Below, piece after piece: positions 47,013-60,802 of a DNA stretch of 64,000 nucleotides. Within the stretch, counting starts at the first letter, position 1, and each line of letters starts with the position of its first letter. Origin of the DNA: an uncultured Alphaproteobacteria bacterium (GTDB lineage: Bacteria > Pseudomonadota > Alphaproteobacteria > Caulobacterales > Caulobacteraceae). The position numbers were made by a program, and so were the translations under genes. The notes under the pieces are model-generated. The model ran no database searches, was not told where the DNA came from, and saw only the letters and a list, made by a program, of their open reading frames with translations. Location of the stretch: positions 10,706 through 74,705 of the forward strand of contig CAVTAH010000004.1 of the NCBI GenBank assembly GCA_963732685.1. The letters are read 5' to 3'.

Positions 47013-47280
47013 CTACAACTGAACTTCTTGTGCGCGTTCCGCCAGGATGGTGAAGCCCTGGGGCGTCACGTCGGCGAAGCCGCCCTGGACTTCGAACACC
47101 CGCTCGAGCTCCGTCGTTCTTCACGTGGACCCGGCCTTCCTTGAGCGTGGTCATGAACGGCGCGTGGCCGGCGAGCACGCCGAAGCCCCCTTCGGAGCCC
47201 GGCGCGTCCACTTGATCCACCTCGCCGCTGAAGAGTTCGCGCTCCGGCGAGACCAGCGAGAAGTGCAGCTTCTCGGCCAT
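47013..47280 (-). CDS. atpC: F1 ATP synthase epsilon subunit, short form (frameshift near 47105)
   Basis: [19 protein letters not shown]...GVLAGHAPF, then [21 protein letters not shown] in the adjacent frame. Confidence 0.92.
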
Positions 47281-47282
47281 GC

Positions 47283-51766
<4,484 letters not shown>

Positions 51767-52112
51767 GTCAAGACCGTCCGATAGGCTTAAATTGCCGGGC
51801 CGCGCTCCAGTCGACGAAGCGCCGAAAGCCGGCGCACCAGGAGAGGTGAGCCGTCGCCGCGGACCGGGGCGCCCCATAACATGGGCTTCTCGCCGTAGGC
51901 AACCAAGGCGGAGGCGGGGCGCCGCGAAGGCCCCCTAGCGGCGATCCGTCGCGGTGTACGCGATGAACCAAAAGTGTAGAAGATAACGTGAGTTAACGGG
52001 GCGAAGACGGGGCGGCGACACGCGTTGGCGCCGCCCCGATACGCCCTCTCGACTTGCTCCCTCCGAATTTCAGCGCCATGCCGCCCGAAGCGAAGCTTTC
52101 GAGGAGTGAACC

Positions 52113-52553
52113 ATGGCCGCTGGATCGATCGATCCGACCCGCCCGCAATTCGACGCCTTCAAGGCTCTGCCGCGGGATACGCCCATCCACATGCTCAACC
52201 TTATCCGGCTGAAGGAGCGGGCGGACTATCCGGAGGGGCACCCTCACCACGGCAAGGGCCTGAGCGGGCTGGACGCCTACCGCGAGTACGGCCGCACCAG
52301 CGCCGAGGTGTTCGCCCGCGTGGGCGGACGCCAGGTGTGGGCGGGGAAGCCCGAGGCGGTGCTCACCGGGCCGAGCGACGAACGCTGGGACCTCGCCTTC
52401 ATCGCCGAATACCCCACCGCCGGCGCTTTCCTCGAGATGGTCACCGATCCCGGCTACCGCGAGCACGTCAAGCACCGTCAGGCGGCCGTCCTGGACAGCC
52501 GCCTGATCCGACTGAGTCCCGTCACGCCAGGCAAGGGCTTCGGCGAGGCGTGA
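52113..52553 (+). CDS. DUF1330 family protein
   Basis: GAGGAG RBS; PIHMLNLI, AY..YG, WD...IAEYP, HRQAAV.DSRLI. Confidence 0.88.
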   Translation: MAAGSIDPTRPQFDAFKALPRDTPIHMLNLIRLKERADYPEGHPHHGKGLSGLDAYREYGRTSAEVFARVGGRQVWAGKPEAVLTGPSDERWDLAFIAEYPTAGAFLEMVTDPGYREHVKHRQAAVLDSRLIRLSPVTPGKGFGEA

Positions 52554-52573
52554 AATACAACGTCAGGCGACGC

Positions 52574-53326
52574 CTAGCGCGTGGCCAGGCGTTCCGGCGA
52601 CAGGTCGCCGAATCGAACCCGTTCGAACGCGATGTTCTTGATGCGCGACCGATCCAGATAGAGTTGAGGAATGTCTTGGTCACGCGCGCCTTCGCGCCGG
52701 ACGACACCCGAAGCGGAGATGTGAAGATAGAAGGTTTCGCAGCTGGTCAGCAGAATTGACGTGATCTCTCTATCGGCATTCGCGGTCATGTTGGCGACCA
52801 CGCCCTCATACCCGACCACCACGCCGCTATCTTCGACATCGCTGAGAACATAGGCGAGCACGGCCTGGTCGGCTTCCAGGGCGACCGCCAACTCCGAGAG
52901 CCAGCCGTAAAGCAGACCAAGCAGGCCGGTCTTGCCGGCGAGTCGCGCGATGATGGCCCGAGCGCCGAAGAAGCTGAACGCCGTGATGAGGCCGAGCGCG
53001 GCAAACATCTCGAGCGCCTCGAGCCCCGTGACCCGGCCCTTGTTGGCGGTGATGTCGAAAAACGCCGCGTAGATGTTGGGGTCGAAGCGCGTGACATGGC
53101 ACGCGATCCACCCGCAGGCGAGTTCCTGGAGCCAGAAGAAGAGCGCGCCCAGAATGTGCGCCGCCAACGCTCCAAGCGTGACGATGGTCAAGGTCAGGAT
53201 CGAGCCGGGCGGCGGAGGGGGAGACTCCACGGTCCCAAGCCGGCTTCCGTGATACAGCCCCGCGAAAAGGGCCAAGCCTGGAGCGAGAAGAAAGAGCCCG
53301 AGAACGAGCGTGAAGCTGAACGTCAA
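52574..53326 (-). CDS. Hypothetical membrane protein (about 3-4 TM plus a soluble C-terminal domain)
   Basis: TTG start overlapping the upstream TGA; hydrophobic N-terminal half; beta-rich C-terminal GYEGVVAN region. Confidence 0.75.
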   Translation of the reverse strand: MTFSFTLVLGLFLLAPGLALFAGLYHGSRLGTVESPPPPPGSILTLTIVTLGALAAHILGALFFWLQELACGWIACHVTRFDPNIYAAFFDITANKGRVTGLEALEMFAALGLITAFSFFGARAIIARLAGKTGLLGLLYGWLSELAVALEADQAVLAYVLSDVEDSGVVVGYEGVVANMTANADREITSILLTSCETFYLHISASGVVRREGARDQDIPQLYLDRSRIKNIAFERVRFGDLSPERLATR

Positions 53327-53514
53327 AGGCTCTTGGGATGCGTCCGCCCGCCGCCGTTTAGACGATGATCATCGCCGCTGGGGGCCTTGCGCGGGATCAC
53401 GAGAACGCCGTCGACGTCGCGCTTCCCCGCATCACGCGCCGCCGTCCAACTCCCGCGATACTCGCGGAACACCTCTTCCGCCGTCTGGATCGACTCGGGC
53501 GAGTTGAGCTTCAT
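53323..53514 (-). CDS. Small hypothetical protein (63 aa), probably leaderless
   Basis: TTGGCT-N17-CATATT at 53549-53521 with the ATG 6 nt downstream; TTGA coupling to the next gene. Confidence 0.65.
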   Translation of the reverse strand: MKLNSPESIQTAEEVFREYRGSWTAARDAGKRDVDGVLVIPRKAPSGDDHRLNGGGRTHPKSL

Positions 53515-53729
53515 GGGGCAAATATGGACGTCTTACACCGAGAAGCCAAGGGAATGGGCCGGTGCGCGAACGCCCCTCCGTCAGCAACTGAGCGGGTCAG
53601 GCGGCGAAGAGCCGACGTCCACCGTCGGGACGCCGGCTCCCTCGCCGCGACGCGAAGGTGAACTCTCAATCTACGGGCGGCGGCCGCGAGCGCCAGCGGA
53701 CATGACCGGCCAGGATCGGACATTCCGCT

Positions 53730-54347
53730 CTAGGGATACGGCTCCCGCCGGAAATTGAAGGCAATGGAGACCCGGGGCCGATCGCCCGCGTGGGGATAGA
53801 CCATGTGCGGAATGTAGCTGGGGAAGAGCACCATCAGCCCGGGCTCCGGCCTCAGGGTAAAGCTGGTCGCCGCAATTCCGGGCAGGAAGGTGTTGGCCCG
53901 ACCTTGGCAGGGGTCGAGGAGATGAAGGGGAGCGGCCGGCTCGCCTGCCTTGACGCCGAGGTCGACGTAGTAGGTTCCGGACCAGGTCGAGCCGGGGTGG
54001 GTGTGGCCGCCGTTGAAATCGCCGCGTCGGTTCAGGTTGGCCCAGGCGTGGAGCGTCCAGTCGATCGCAGGCTTGGCGTGGCCGTATTCGCGGTAGACCC
54101 GCGCCGTGGCCTCGTCGGCCATCTCACGCATGTGGCGGACGAGTGCGATGCCCGCCTCGCCGCAAAACTCCAGCTGACCGTACGCCGAATGCCAGCCGCC
54201 GATGTTGCTCTTGGCCTTACCCGGCGCGCGCGCCTCCTCGTCCAGGATCAGGGGCAGCAAGGCGGCGTTCAGCGCCGGTCCGTCCTGCCAGCGGTGCACC
54301 ATCAGGGGGCTGCCGAACAGGTGCGTGTAGTTCGTCGGATCGCTCAA
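53730..54347 (-). CDS. Putative 2OG-Fe(II) oxygenase (TIGR02466-like)
   Basis: SNIGGWHS, WAN, HTHP..WSGTYYV, LFPSYIPHMV, RVSIAFN. Confidence 0.9.
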   Translation of the reverse strand: MSDPTNYTHLFGSPLMVHRWQDGPALNAALLPLILDEEARAPGKAKSNIGGWHSAYGQLEFCGEAGIALVRHMREMADEATARVYREYGHAKPAIDWTLHAWANLNRRGDFNGGHTHPGSTWSGTYYVDLGVKAGEPAAPLHLLDPCQGRANTFLPGIAATSFTLRPEPGLMVLFPSYIPHMVYPHAGDRPRVSIAFNFRREPYP

Positions 54348-54417
54348 GCGTCCCTCGTGCGACGAGACACGGGCGAGCGCGTCGTGCGCTCGCCCGGGCC
54401 CCAGCCGCTTACGCTGC

Positions 54418-55116
54418 TCAGGAGGCGGGCGTGAGCGCGCGCCGCGTCCGCAATCCGAAACCGGCCGCGCCGGCGCCGATGAGCATCAGCGCCCACGTCG
54501 CCGGCTCGGGCACACCCGGTGACGGCGCGCCGACGTCGATATAGGCGAGGGTGCCGGTGATCGAGCCCTGGTGGTCGTCGTAGACCGTCTCGGCGAGGCC
54601 GGTGGGGTCGAGGCCCTCCCAGCCGACGAAACCGCCGGTGGCGTTCTGCGTCGGCGAGAACACCGAGGAGATCTCGACGCCCTGCCCCTGGTTGTAGGCC
54701 GGGTTCGCCCAGGTCGCGGTGAACGTCACTTTGAAGTTCCCGACGCGGGTGCAGTACGGGTAGGGCTGAACGCACAGCGGGTTGCCCGCCAGATCGTTGC
54801 CCCAGTCGTCGTCGAAATCATAGGAGAAGAACGGGCCGCCGCTGCCCCAGATCACCGTGCTGTTCTGACCGGCGGCGAGGGTGCCGAGCTGCACCGTCTG
54901 CGCGGGCGTCGAATAGTCGTCGGTTCCCGGCTGATAGGGCGTGAGCACCATCTGGGCGTTGATGAAATCGAATCCCGTGCTGTTGTTGAAGACCAGCTCG
55001 GGCGTATCGTAAGCGTCGAGATCGTAGCCACCGGAGATGGTGGCCACGTGTGCGCTGGCGGCGCCGGCCACCAGAGCGGCCGCGGATGCCGCCGCGAAAA
55101 CGTATCTTCTATTCAT
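54418..55116 (-). CDS. PEP-CTERM (PEPxxWA) sorting-domain surface protein
   Basis: Signal peptide; C-terminal VPEPATWALMLIGAGAAGFGLRTRR. Confidence 0.93.
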   Translation of the reverse strand: MNRRYVFAAASAAALVAGAASAHVATISGGYDLDAYDTPELVFNNSTGFDFINAQMVLTPYQPGTDDYSTPAQTVQLGTLAAGQNSTVIWGSGGPFFSYDFDDDWGNDLAGNPLCVQPYPYCTRVGNFKVTFTATWANPAYNQGQGVEISSVFSPTQNATGGFVGWEGLDPTGLAETVYDDHQGSITGTLAYIDVGAPSPGVPEPATWALMLIGAGAAGFGLRTRRALTPAS

Positions 55117-55319
55117 TCGAGAAAACCCTCCAGCCTAGGCGCTGCGCCCGGATCAGCGTTCGATCGGGTGATCGAACGAAAGCATTGCCGTCCCGCCGAG
55201 TTCGCCCGGCCCCGCTGCCGCGGAGCGCGGCGTCGGCGGGAGGCGCGTTCCAGGCGGGAACAAGGCGAGTTCTAGACACGGAACGAGCGTGCGGCATGAC
55301 GTCGTGATCGGGCGCAATC

Positions 55320-55345
55320 GGCCAAAACCGGCCAAGTTTTTGGCC
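55320..55345. promoter_or_regulatory. GGCCAA direct/inverted repeat in the divergent intergenic region
   Basis: GGCCAAaaccGGCCAAgtttTTGGCC: a 10-bp-phased direct repeat plus the inverted pair GGCCAAAA/TTTTGGCC. Confidence 0.45.
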
Positions 55346-55475
55346 AGCTTGATCAATGGTGATTTGCACGGAATCCGTTCAGGCGCGAAAATATGACAAT
55401 CCTTTAGTTCTGTCCGGCTGGTCCTCGACCACCTGGCGCCGGTATAGCCACAGCGACACGCGAGCATGGGGCGGC

Positions 55476-56847
55476 GTGGATGAACCGCGAGCGGCGGACC
55501 AAATGAGCGGCCTCGATATCGCGCGAGACCAGCTGGAGTCGTGGAAATCCATCGCGGCCTATTTCGGCCGTGGAGAGCGGACCGTGCGGCGATGGGAAGC
55601 CGAGTTAGGGTTGCCCGTCCGTCGTATGCCCGGCGCGGCGAAGGGGCGCGTCTACGCCCTGGTGCGAGAACTCGAAGCCTGGCGCTCTGGCCTCTCGCCG
55701 GAGACCTTGGACAAGCCCGAACCAGAGGTCATGGAACCGGCGCCGGCCGCCGCCCTGCCGCCATCCGCCACGACGGCGAATAGCCGCTCACGACGGGCGC
55801 CTCCGCGCTGGGCGCCCTGGCTCGCCGTGCTGGCGGTCCCACTGATCGGGCTCGTCTGGTGGACGGTCAGGGGCGACGCCCGGCGCGCCGCGCCGCCGCC
55901 GCCGTACGCCGCCGAAAAGCTGTATGTGGAGGGCACAGAAGCGTGGACGCGACGCACGCCCGCCTCGCTCAACACCGCGCTGGACGACTTCAACGCCGCC
56001 CTACGGATCGATCCGGACTATGCCCAGGCGTGGCTCGGCCTCGCCAAGACCTACAACCTGACGCGCGAATACACCTTCATGCCCGAGTCTCAGGCGTATC
56101 CGCTGGCGCGGGACGCCGCGCGGAAGGCGTTGGCGCTCGACGACCGGCTGGCGGAGGCGCACGCCGCCCTGGCGTTCGTCGATTACTGGGGCTTCTGGAA
56201 GGCGGGCGAGGCGGAGCGGGAGTTCCATCGGGCGCTGGCGCTGGAGCCCTCTTCGGCCACCGCGCACCACTGGTACGCCACCTTCCTGCTGAACCGAGGC
56301 AAGGCGGCCGCCGCCCTGGACGAGATCGATCGCGCCGCGGCGCTGGATCCGGAGTCGGAGGCGATCCAGGCGGATCGCGGCTTCATCCTGTTCCAGGCCG
56401 GCCGGAGATCGGAGGCGTTCGCCGTGCTCGAGCGCTCTCGAGGCCCGCGACCCGAGCTTTCCCTCCACCCACCTGTACCTCTCCCGATTGAACCTCACCC
56501 TTGGTCGCGACGCCGATTTCCTGCGGGAGGCGGCGCTCGCCGCACGAACCACCAACCTGACGCCGGACGTCGAAGCCGCGCGGCGCGGGCTCGAGACCGG
56601 CGGCCGCGAGGGCATGTTGCGCGCCCTCTTGGAGCAGACGCTGGCGCGATATCAGTCGGGCTCCGGCTCCGCCATCGAGGTGGCCGACGCCTACGCGCGA
56701 GCCGGCCAGCCCGCCGCCGCCTTGCCGTGGCTGGCCAAGTCGGTTCAGCGGCGCGAGCCCGGGTTCGTCTCGATCGAGAACAACCGCGACTACGACCCGA
56801 TCCGGCGCTCGCCCGCCTTTGCCGCGTTGGCGGCGAAGATCGCCTGA
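55476..56847 (+). CDS. Membrane-anchored regulator: N-terminal HTH, TM, TPR repeats (frameshift near 56436)
   Basis: LESWKSIAAYFGRGERTVRRWEAELGLPVRR; TM WLAVLAVPLIGLVWW; repeated ALRIDP, ALALDD, ALALEP and AAALDP TPR turns. Confidence 0.85.
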
Positions 56848-56930
56848 GTGCGAACAGACGCCGGCGGCTTGAGCAACCGGGCTGTCGACCCTAAGTTCGA
56901 AGCTTCACCACGCGAGCCCCGGGAGTTTCC

Positions 56931-57506
56931 ATGGCCAGCCGAGCCGGCGCCACCGACAAGCCCTTTCTGTCCGACGTCCAAACCCTGCGCGCGCGGGCTC
57001 GAGAGCAGATCGAGAAGGGCGCGATCACCTCCACCTACAAGGGCGACGTCGAACAGGCGGTGGAGATCCTTCAGGCGGTGCTGGCGACCGAGATCGTCTG
57101 CGTCCTGCGCTACACCCAGAACGCCGTCTCGGCTTCGGGGCTGGCGAGCGAGGCGGTCAAGGACGAGTTCCTCGAACACGCCAAGGAGGAGCGCGAGCAC
57201 ATGATGGCCGTGGCCGAGCGCATCAACCAGCTCGGCGGCAAGCCGAACTTCAGCCCTGAGGGCCTCGCCACCCGATCGGCCAGCGAATATCACGACGGCC
57301 CGACCCTGATCGACATGATCAAGGAAAACCTGATCGCCGAGCGGATCGCCATCGAGCACTACCAGGAGCTGATCCGCTACTTCGGCAATGACGATCCCAC
57401 CACCGAACGCATGCTCAAGTGGATCCTGGCCAAGGAAGAGGAGCACGCCGACGACATGCACGACCTGCTCGTCGCCCATCAGGGTCGGCCCATGCTGCCG
57501 CAATAA
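56931..57506 (+). CDS. Ferritin-like (bacterioferritin/Dps-related) protein
   Basis: ATEIVCVLRY, EEREH, ERINQLGG, AERIAI..Y, EEEHADD di-iron ligands. Confidence 0.9.
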   Translation: MASRAGATDKPFLSDVQTLRARAREQIEKGAITSTYKGDVEQAVEILQAVLATEIVCVLRYTQNAVSASGLASEAVKDEFLEHAKEEREHMMAVAERINQLGGKPNFSPEGLATRSASEYHDGPTLIDMIKENLIAERIAIEHYQELIRYFGNDDPTTERMLKWILAKEEEHADDMHDLLVAHQGRPMLPQ

Positions 57507-57581
57507 CGTCGGCCGCGCCTTGAACGGCGGCGGGAAATCGGCATATCAGGCGGCCGCTCCCCCGACATCGTTAAAGGTTGC

Positions 57582-57911
57582 ATGAAAGACCCGCTGAAAA
57601 CCGGTCACGCCGAGCGCTTGGCCTCCCAGGCCGAGGCCAAGAAGGCCCTGCTCGCCAAGCTCAAGCCGAAGCCCGCCGTCCAGGCGGAGAACTTCGAATC
57701 GCGCGAGGAGATCCGTCGCCGCGAACTGGAAGCCGTCCGCGCCAAGCGTGCGGAGGAGAAGGAGGCCGCGCGACTCGAAGCCGAAGCCCGAGAGCTGGCC
57801 GACCTCGAGTCCAAGCGCGCCGCGCGCAAGGAGCGCAAGGCGCTGACCGCCGCCGAGCAGAAGGCCAAGCGGGACGAGCGCTACGCGGCCCGGAAGGCGC
57901 GCCAGCGGTAA
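57582..57911 (+). CDS. DUF6481-like charged coiled-coil protein
   Basis: [10 protein letters not shown]...[17 protein letters not shown]. Confidence 0.85.
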   Translation: MKDPLKTGHAERLASQAEAKKALLAKLKPKPAVQAENFESREEIRRRELEAVRAKRAEEKEAARLEAEARELADLESKRAARKERKALTAAEQKAKRDERYAARKARQR

Positions 57912-57948
57912 CCCGTCGGCTCGGCGGCGATCCGCGCCGCGCGCGCCC

Positions 57949-57995
57949 TTGAGCCCGGGGTCGCCCGGGCCTACCTTGCCGTTCATGCCCCGTTC
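57949..57995 (+). promoter_or_regulatory. Sigma70-type promoter with a LexA-type box over the uvrB start
   Basis: TTGAGC-N17-TACCTT, then GTTC-atgcccc-GTTC (57981-57995) spanning the ATG at 57985. Confidence 0.5.
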
Positions 57996-60240
57996 CGCCC
58001 AGAAGAGCGCGCCGGTCGCCGGCGTGTCGGATATGTCGGCGGCGTTCGTGCACGATATCGAGCCGGCCGCGATTCCGACCCTGTGGGTGCCGCACCGTCC
58101 CGCCCGGCCGCAGAAGAGCGAGGGCGGCAAGCGCTTCGAGCTGGTGGCCGACTACCAGGCCGCCGGCGACCAGCCCACCGCCATCGCCGAGCTCGTCGAC
58201 GGCATCAAGCAGCGCGAGCGGGATCAGGTGCTGCTGGGCGTCACCGGCTCCGGCAAGACCTTCACCATGGCCAAGATCATCGAGGCCACCCAACGTCCGG
58301 CGCTGATCCTGGCTCACAACAAGACGCTCGCCGCCCAGCTCTATTCCGAGTTCAAGAGCTTCTTCCCGAACAACGCCGTCGAGTATTTCGTCAGCTACTA
58401 CGACTACTACCAGCCCGAGGCCTACGTCGCCCGGACCGACACCTACATCGAGAAGGACTCCAGCCGGAACGAGCAGATCGACCGCATGCGCCACAGCGCC
58501 ACCCGCGCCATCCTGGAGCGGGACGATGTGATCGTCGTCGCCTCGGTGTCCTGCATCTACGGCATCGGCTCGGTCGAGACCTACACGGCGATGACCTTCA
58601 CCGTGACCGTCGGCGAGAAGCTCGACGAGAAGCGGCTGATGGCGGATCTCATCGCCCAGCAATACCGTCGCAACGACCAGAGCTTCGAGCGCGGCACCTT
58701 CCGCCGGCGCGGCGACACAATCGAGATCTTCCCCGCCCACTACGAGGATCGCGCCTGGCGGATCATGCTGTTCGGCGACGAGGTCGAGGCGATCCACGAG
58801 TTCGACCCGCTCACCGGCAAGAAGACCGGCGAGCTGCCGAGCGTGAAGATCTACGCCAACAGCCACTACGTCACGCCGCGCCCGACGCTGCGCCAGGCGG
58901 TCACCGGCATCAAGGCCGAGCTCAAGCAGCGCCTCGACTGGATGGTGGCCAACGGCAAGCTGCTGGAGGCCCAGCGGCTGGAGCAGCGCACCACCTTCGA
59001 CCTGGAGATGATCGACGCCACCGGCTCCTGCGCCGGGATCGAGAACTACAGCCGTTATCTCACCGGTCGCCGCCCGGGCGAGCCGCCGCCGACCTTCTTC
59101 GAATACATCCCCGACAACGCCCTGCTGTTCGTGGACGAGAGCCACCAGACCGTCCCGCAGCTCGGCGCCATGTATCGCGGCGACTACAGCCGCAAGTTCA
59201 ACCTCGCCGAGTACGGCTTCCGCCTGCCCAGCTGCATGGACAACCGCCCGCTCAAGTTCGAGGAGTGGGAGGCGATGCGGCCGGACAGCGTGTTCGTCTC
59301 CGCCACCCCCGCCAAGTGGGAGCTGGAGAAATCCGGCGGCGTCTTCGCCGAGCAGGTGATCCGCCCCACCGGCCTGATCGACCCGCCGGTGGACGTCCGC
59401 CCGGTGTCCAAGGACGGCTTCAGCCAGGTCGACGACGTCATCGCCGAGTGCCGCGACATCGCCAAGGCCGGCTACCGCGCCCTGGTCACCGTCCTTACCA
59501 AGAAGATGGCGGAGGACCTCACCGAATACATGCACGAGCAGGGCCTGCGCGTGCGCTACATGCACTCCGACGTCGACACCCTGGAGCGGATCGAGATCAT
59601 CCGCGACCTGCGGCTAGGCGCCTTCGACGTGCTGGTGGGCATCAACCTGCTGCGCGAGGGCCTCGACATCCCCGAGTGCGGTCTGGTCGCCATCCTCGAC
59701 GCCGACAAGGAAGGCTTCCTGCGCTCGGAGACTTCGCTGATCCAGACCATCGGCCGCGCCGCCCGCAACGTCGACGGCCGGGTGATCCTCTACGCCGACA
59801 CCATCACCGGCTCGATGGAGCGGGCCATGGCCGAGACCGAGCGCCGACGGGAGAAGCAGCGCGCCTTCAATCTCGAGCACGGCATCACGCCCGAGAGCAT
59901 CAAGAGCCAGATCAAGGACATCCTCGCCTCACCCTACGAGCGCGACCACGTGACCATTCCCGCCGGCGTGGCGGAGGACCAGAAGCCGTTCCTCGGCAAC
60001 AACTTCCAGACCACCCTGCGCGACCTCGAGACCAAGATGCGCGAAGCCGCCGCCAACCTGGAGTTCGAGACCGCCGCGAGGCTGCGCGACGAGATCAAGC
60101 GCCTGAAGCTCCTCGACCTGGAGTTCGCCAACGAGGTGATGACCGGGGAGGGAGAGGCGGTGGACCGCGGCGTGGTCACCAAGGCGCGGGCGGACGCGCG
60201 GGAGGAGAAGGCGGCGCGGTTCAGGAAGGGGCGGCGCTAG
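57985..60240 (+). CDS. uvrB: Excinuclease ABC subunit B
   Basis: [49 protein letters not shown]-terminal UVR domain. Confidence 0.98.
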   Translation: MPRSAQKSAPVAGVSDMSAAFVHDIEPAAIPTLWVPHRPARPQKSEGGKRFELVADYQAAGDQPTAIAELVDGIKQRERDQVLLGVTGSGKTFTMAKIIEATQRPALILAHNKTLAAQLYSEFKSFFPNNAVEYFVSYYDYYQPEAYVARTDTYIEKDSSRNEQIDRMRHSATRAILERDDVIVVASVSCIYGIGSVETYTAMTFTVTVGEKLDEKRLMADLIAQQYRRNDQSFERGTFRRRGDTIEIFPAHYEDRAWRIMLFGDEVEAIHEFDPLTGKKTGELPSVKIYANSHYVTPRPTLRQAVTGIKAELKQRLDWMVANGKLLEAQRLEQRTTFDLEMIDATGSCAGIENYSRYLTGRRPGEPPPTFFEYIPDNALLFVDESHQTVPQLGAMYRGDYSRKFNLAEYGFRLPSCMDNRPLKFEEWEAMRPDSVFVSATPAKWELEKSGGVFAEQVIRPTGLIDPPVDVRPVSKDGFSQVDDVIAECRDIAKAGYRALVTVLTKKMAEDLTEYMHEQGLRVRYMHSDVDTLERIEIIRDLRLGAFDVLVGINLLREGLDIPECGLVAILDADKEGFLRSETSLIQTIGRAARNVDGRVILYADTITGSMERAMAETERRREKQRAFNLEHGITPESIKSQIKDILASPYERDHVTIPAGVAEDQKPFLGNNFQTTLRDLETKMREAAANLEFETAARLRDEIKRLKLLDLEFANEVMTGEGEAVDRGVVTKARADAREEKAARFRKGRR

Positions 60241-60313
60241 GCTCTCCGATCCACCAGGGAGGGTGACCTTCAACGGCGGGACACCTAAGGTGTAGCTCCA
60301 GCTGGAGCCCTCC

Positions 60314-60712
60314 ATGACCGACCCCGCCGACGTCGCCCACGATCTCGCCGCCGCGCTCACCGCCGCCTGGAACGCCGGGGACGCTGAGGCCTTCGCCGCG
60401 CGGTTCGCTCCGGACGCCGAGTTCATCAACATCTTCGGCATGCTGATCGTCGGCCGCGAGGCGGTGGCGGCGCAGCACGCGCGCATCTTCGCGACCATCT
60501 ACAAGGGCACCACGGTCGACTTTCAGGCGGTCACCGCCCGCAGCCTCGCGCCCGAAGTGATCCACGCCGTCATCTCCGGCCGGCTCGAGGTTCGCGAGGG
60601 ACCCATGGCCGGGGTGATCCCGACGCTGATCAACGCCGTTCTGGTCCGCGACGGCCAAGGCTGGAGCGTCGCGGCCTTCCACAACACCCGCGTTGCGCCG
60701 CCGCCGGCGTGA
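60314..60712 (+). CDS. SgcJ/EcaC (NTF2-like, DUF4440) family protein
   Basis: AWNAGDAEAFAARFAPDAEFINIFG...GREAV...H, W.VAAFHNT. Confidence 0.88.
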   Translation: MTDPADVAHDLAAALTAAWNAGDAEAFAARFAPDAEFINIFGMLIVGREAVAAQHARIFATIYKGTTVDFQAVTARSLAPEVIHAVISGRLEVREGPMAGVIPTLINAVLVRDGQGWSVAAFHNTRVAPPPA

Positions 60713-60802
60713 GCCAGCCCGGCTCGGTACGCTTCCAAGCCCACAGGAACCCCCCGGACCGTCGCCGCCTTCCAGACCCCGACGGGACGAGGACGACGGG
60801 CT

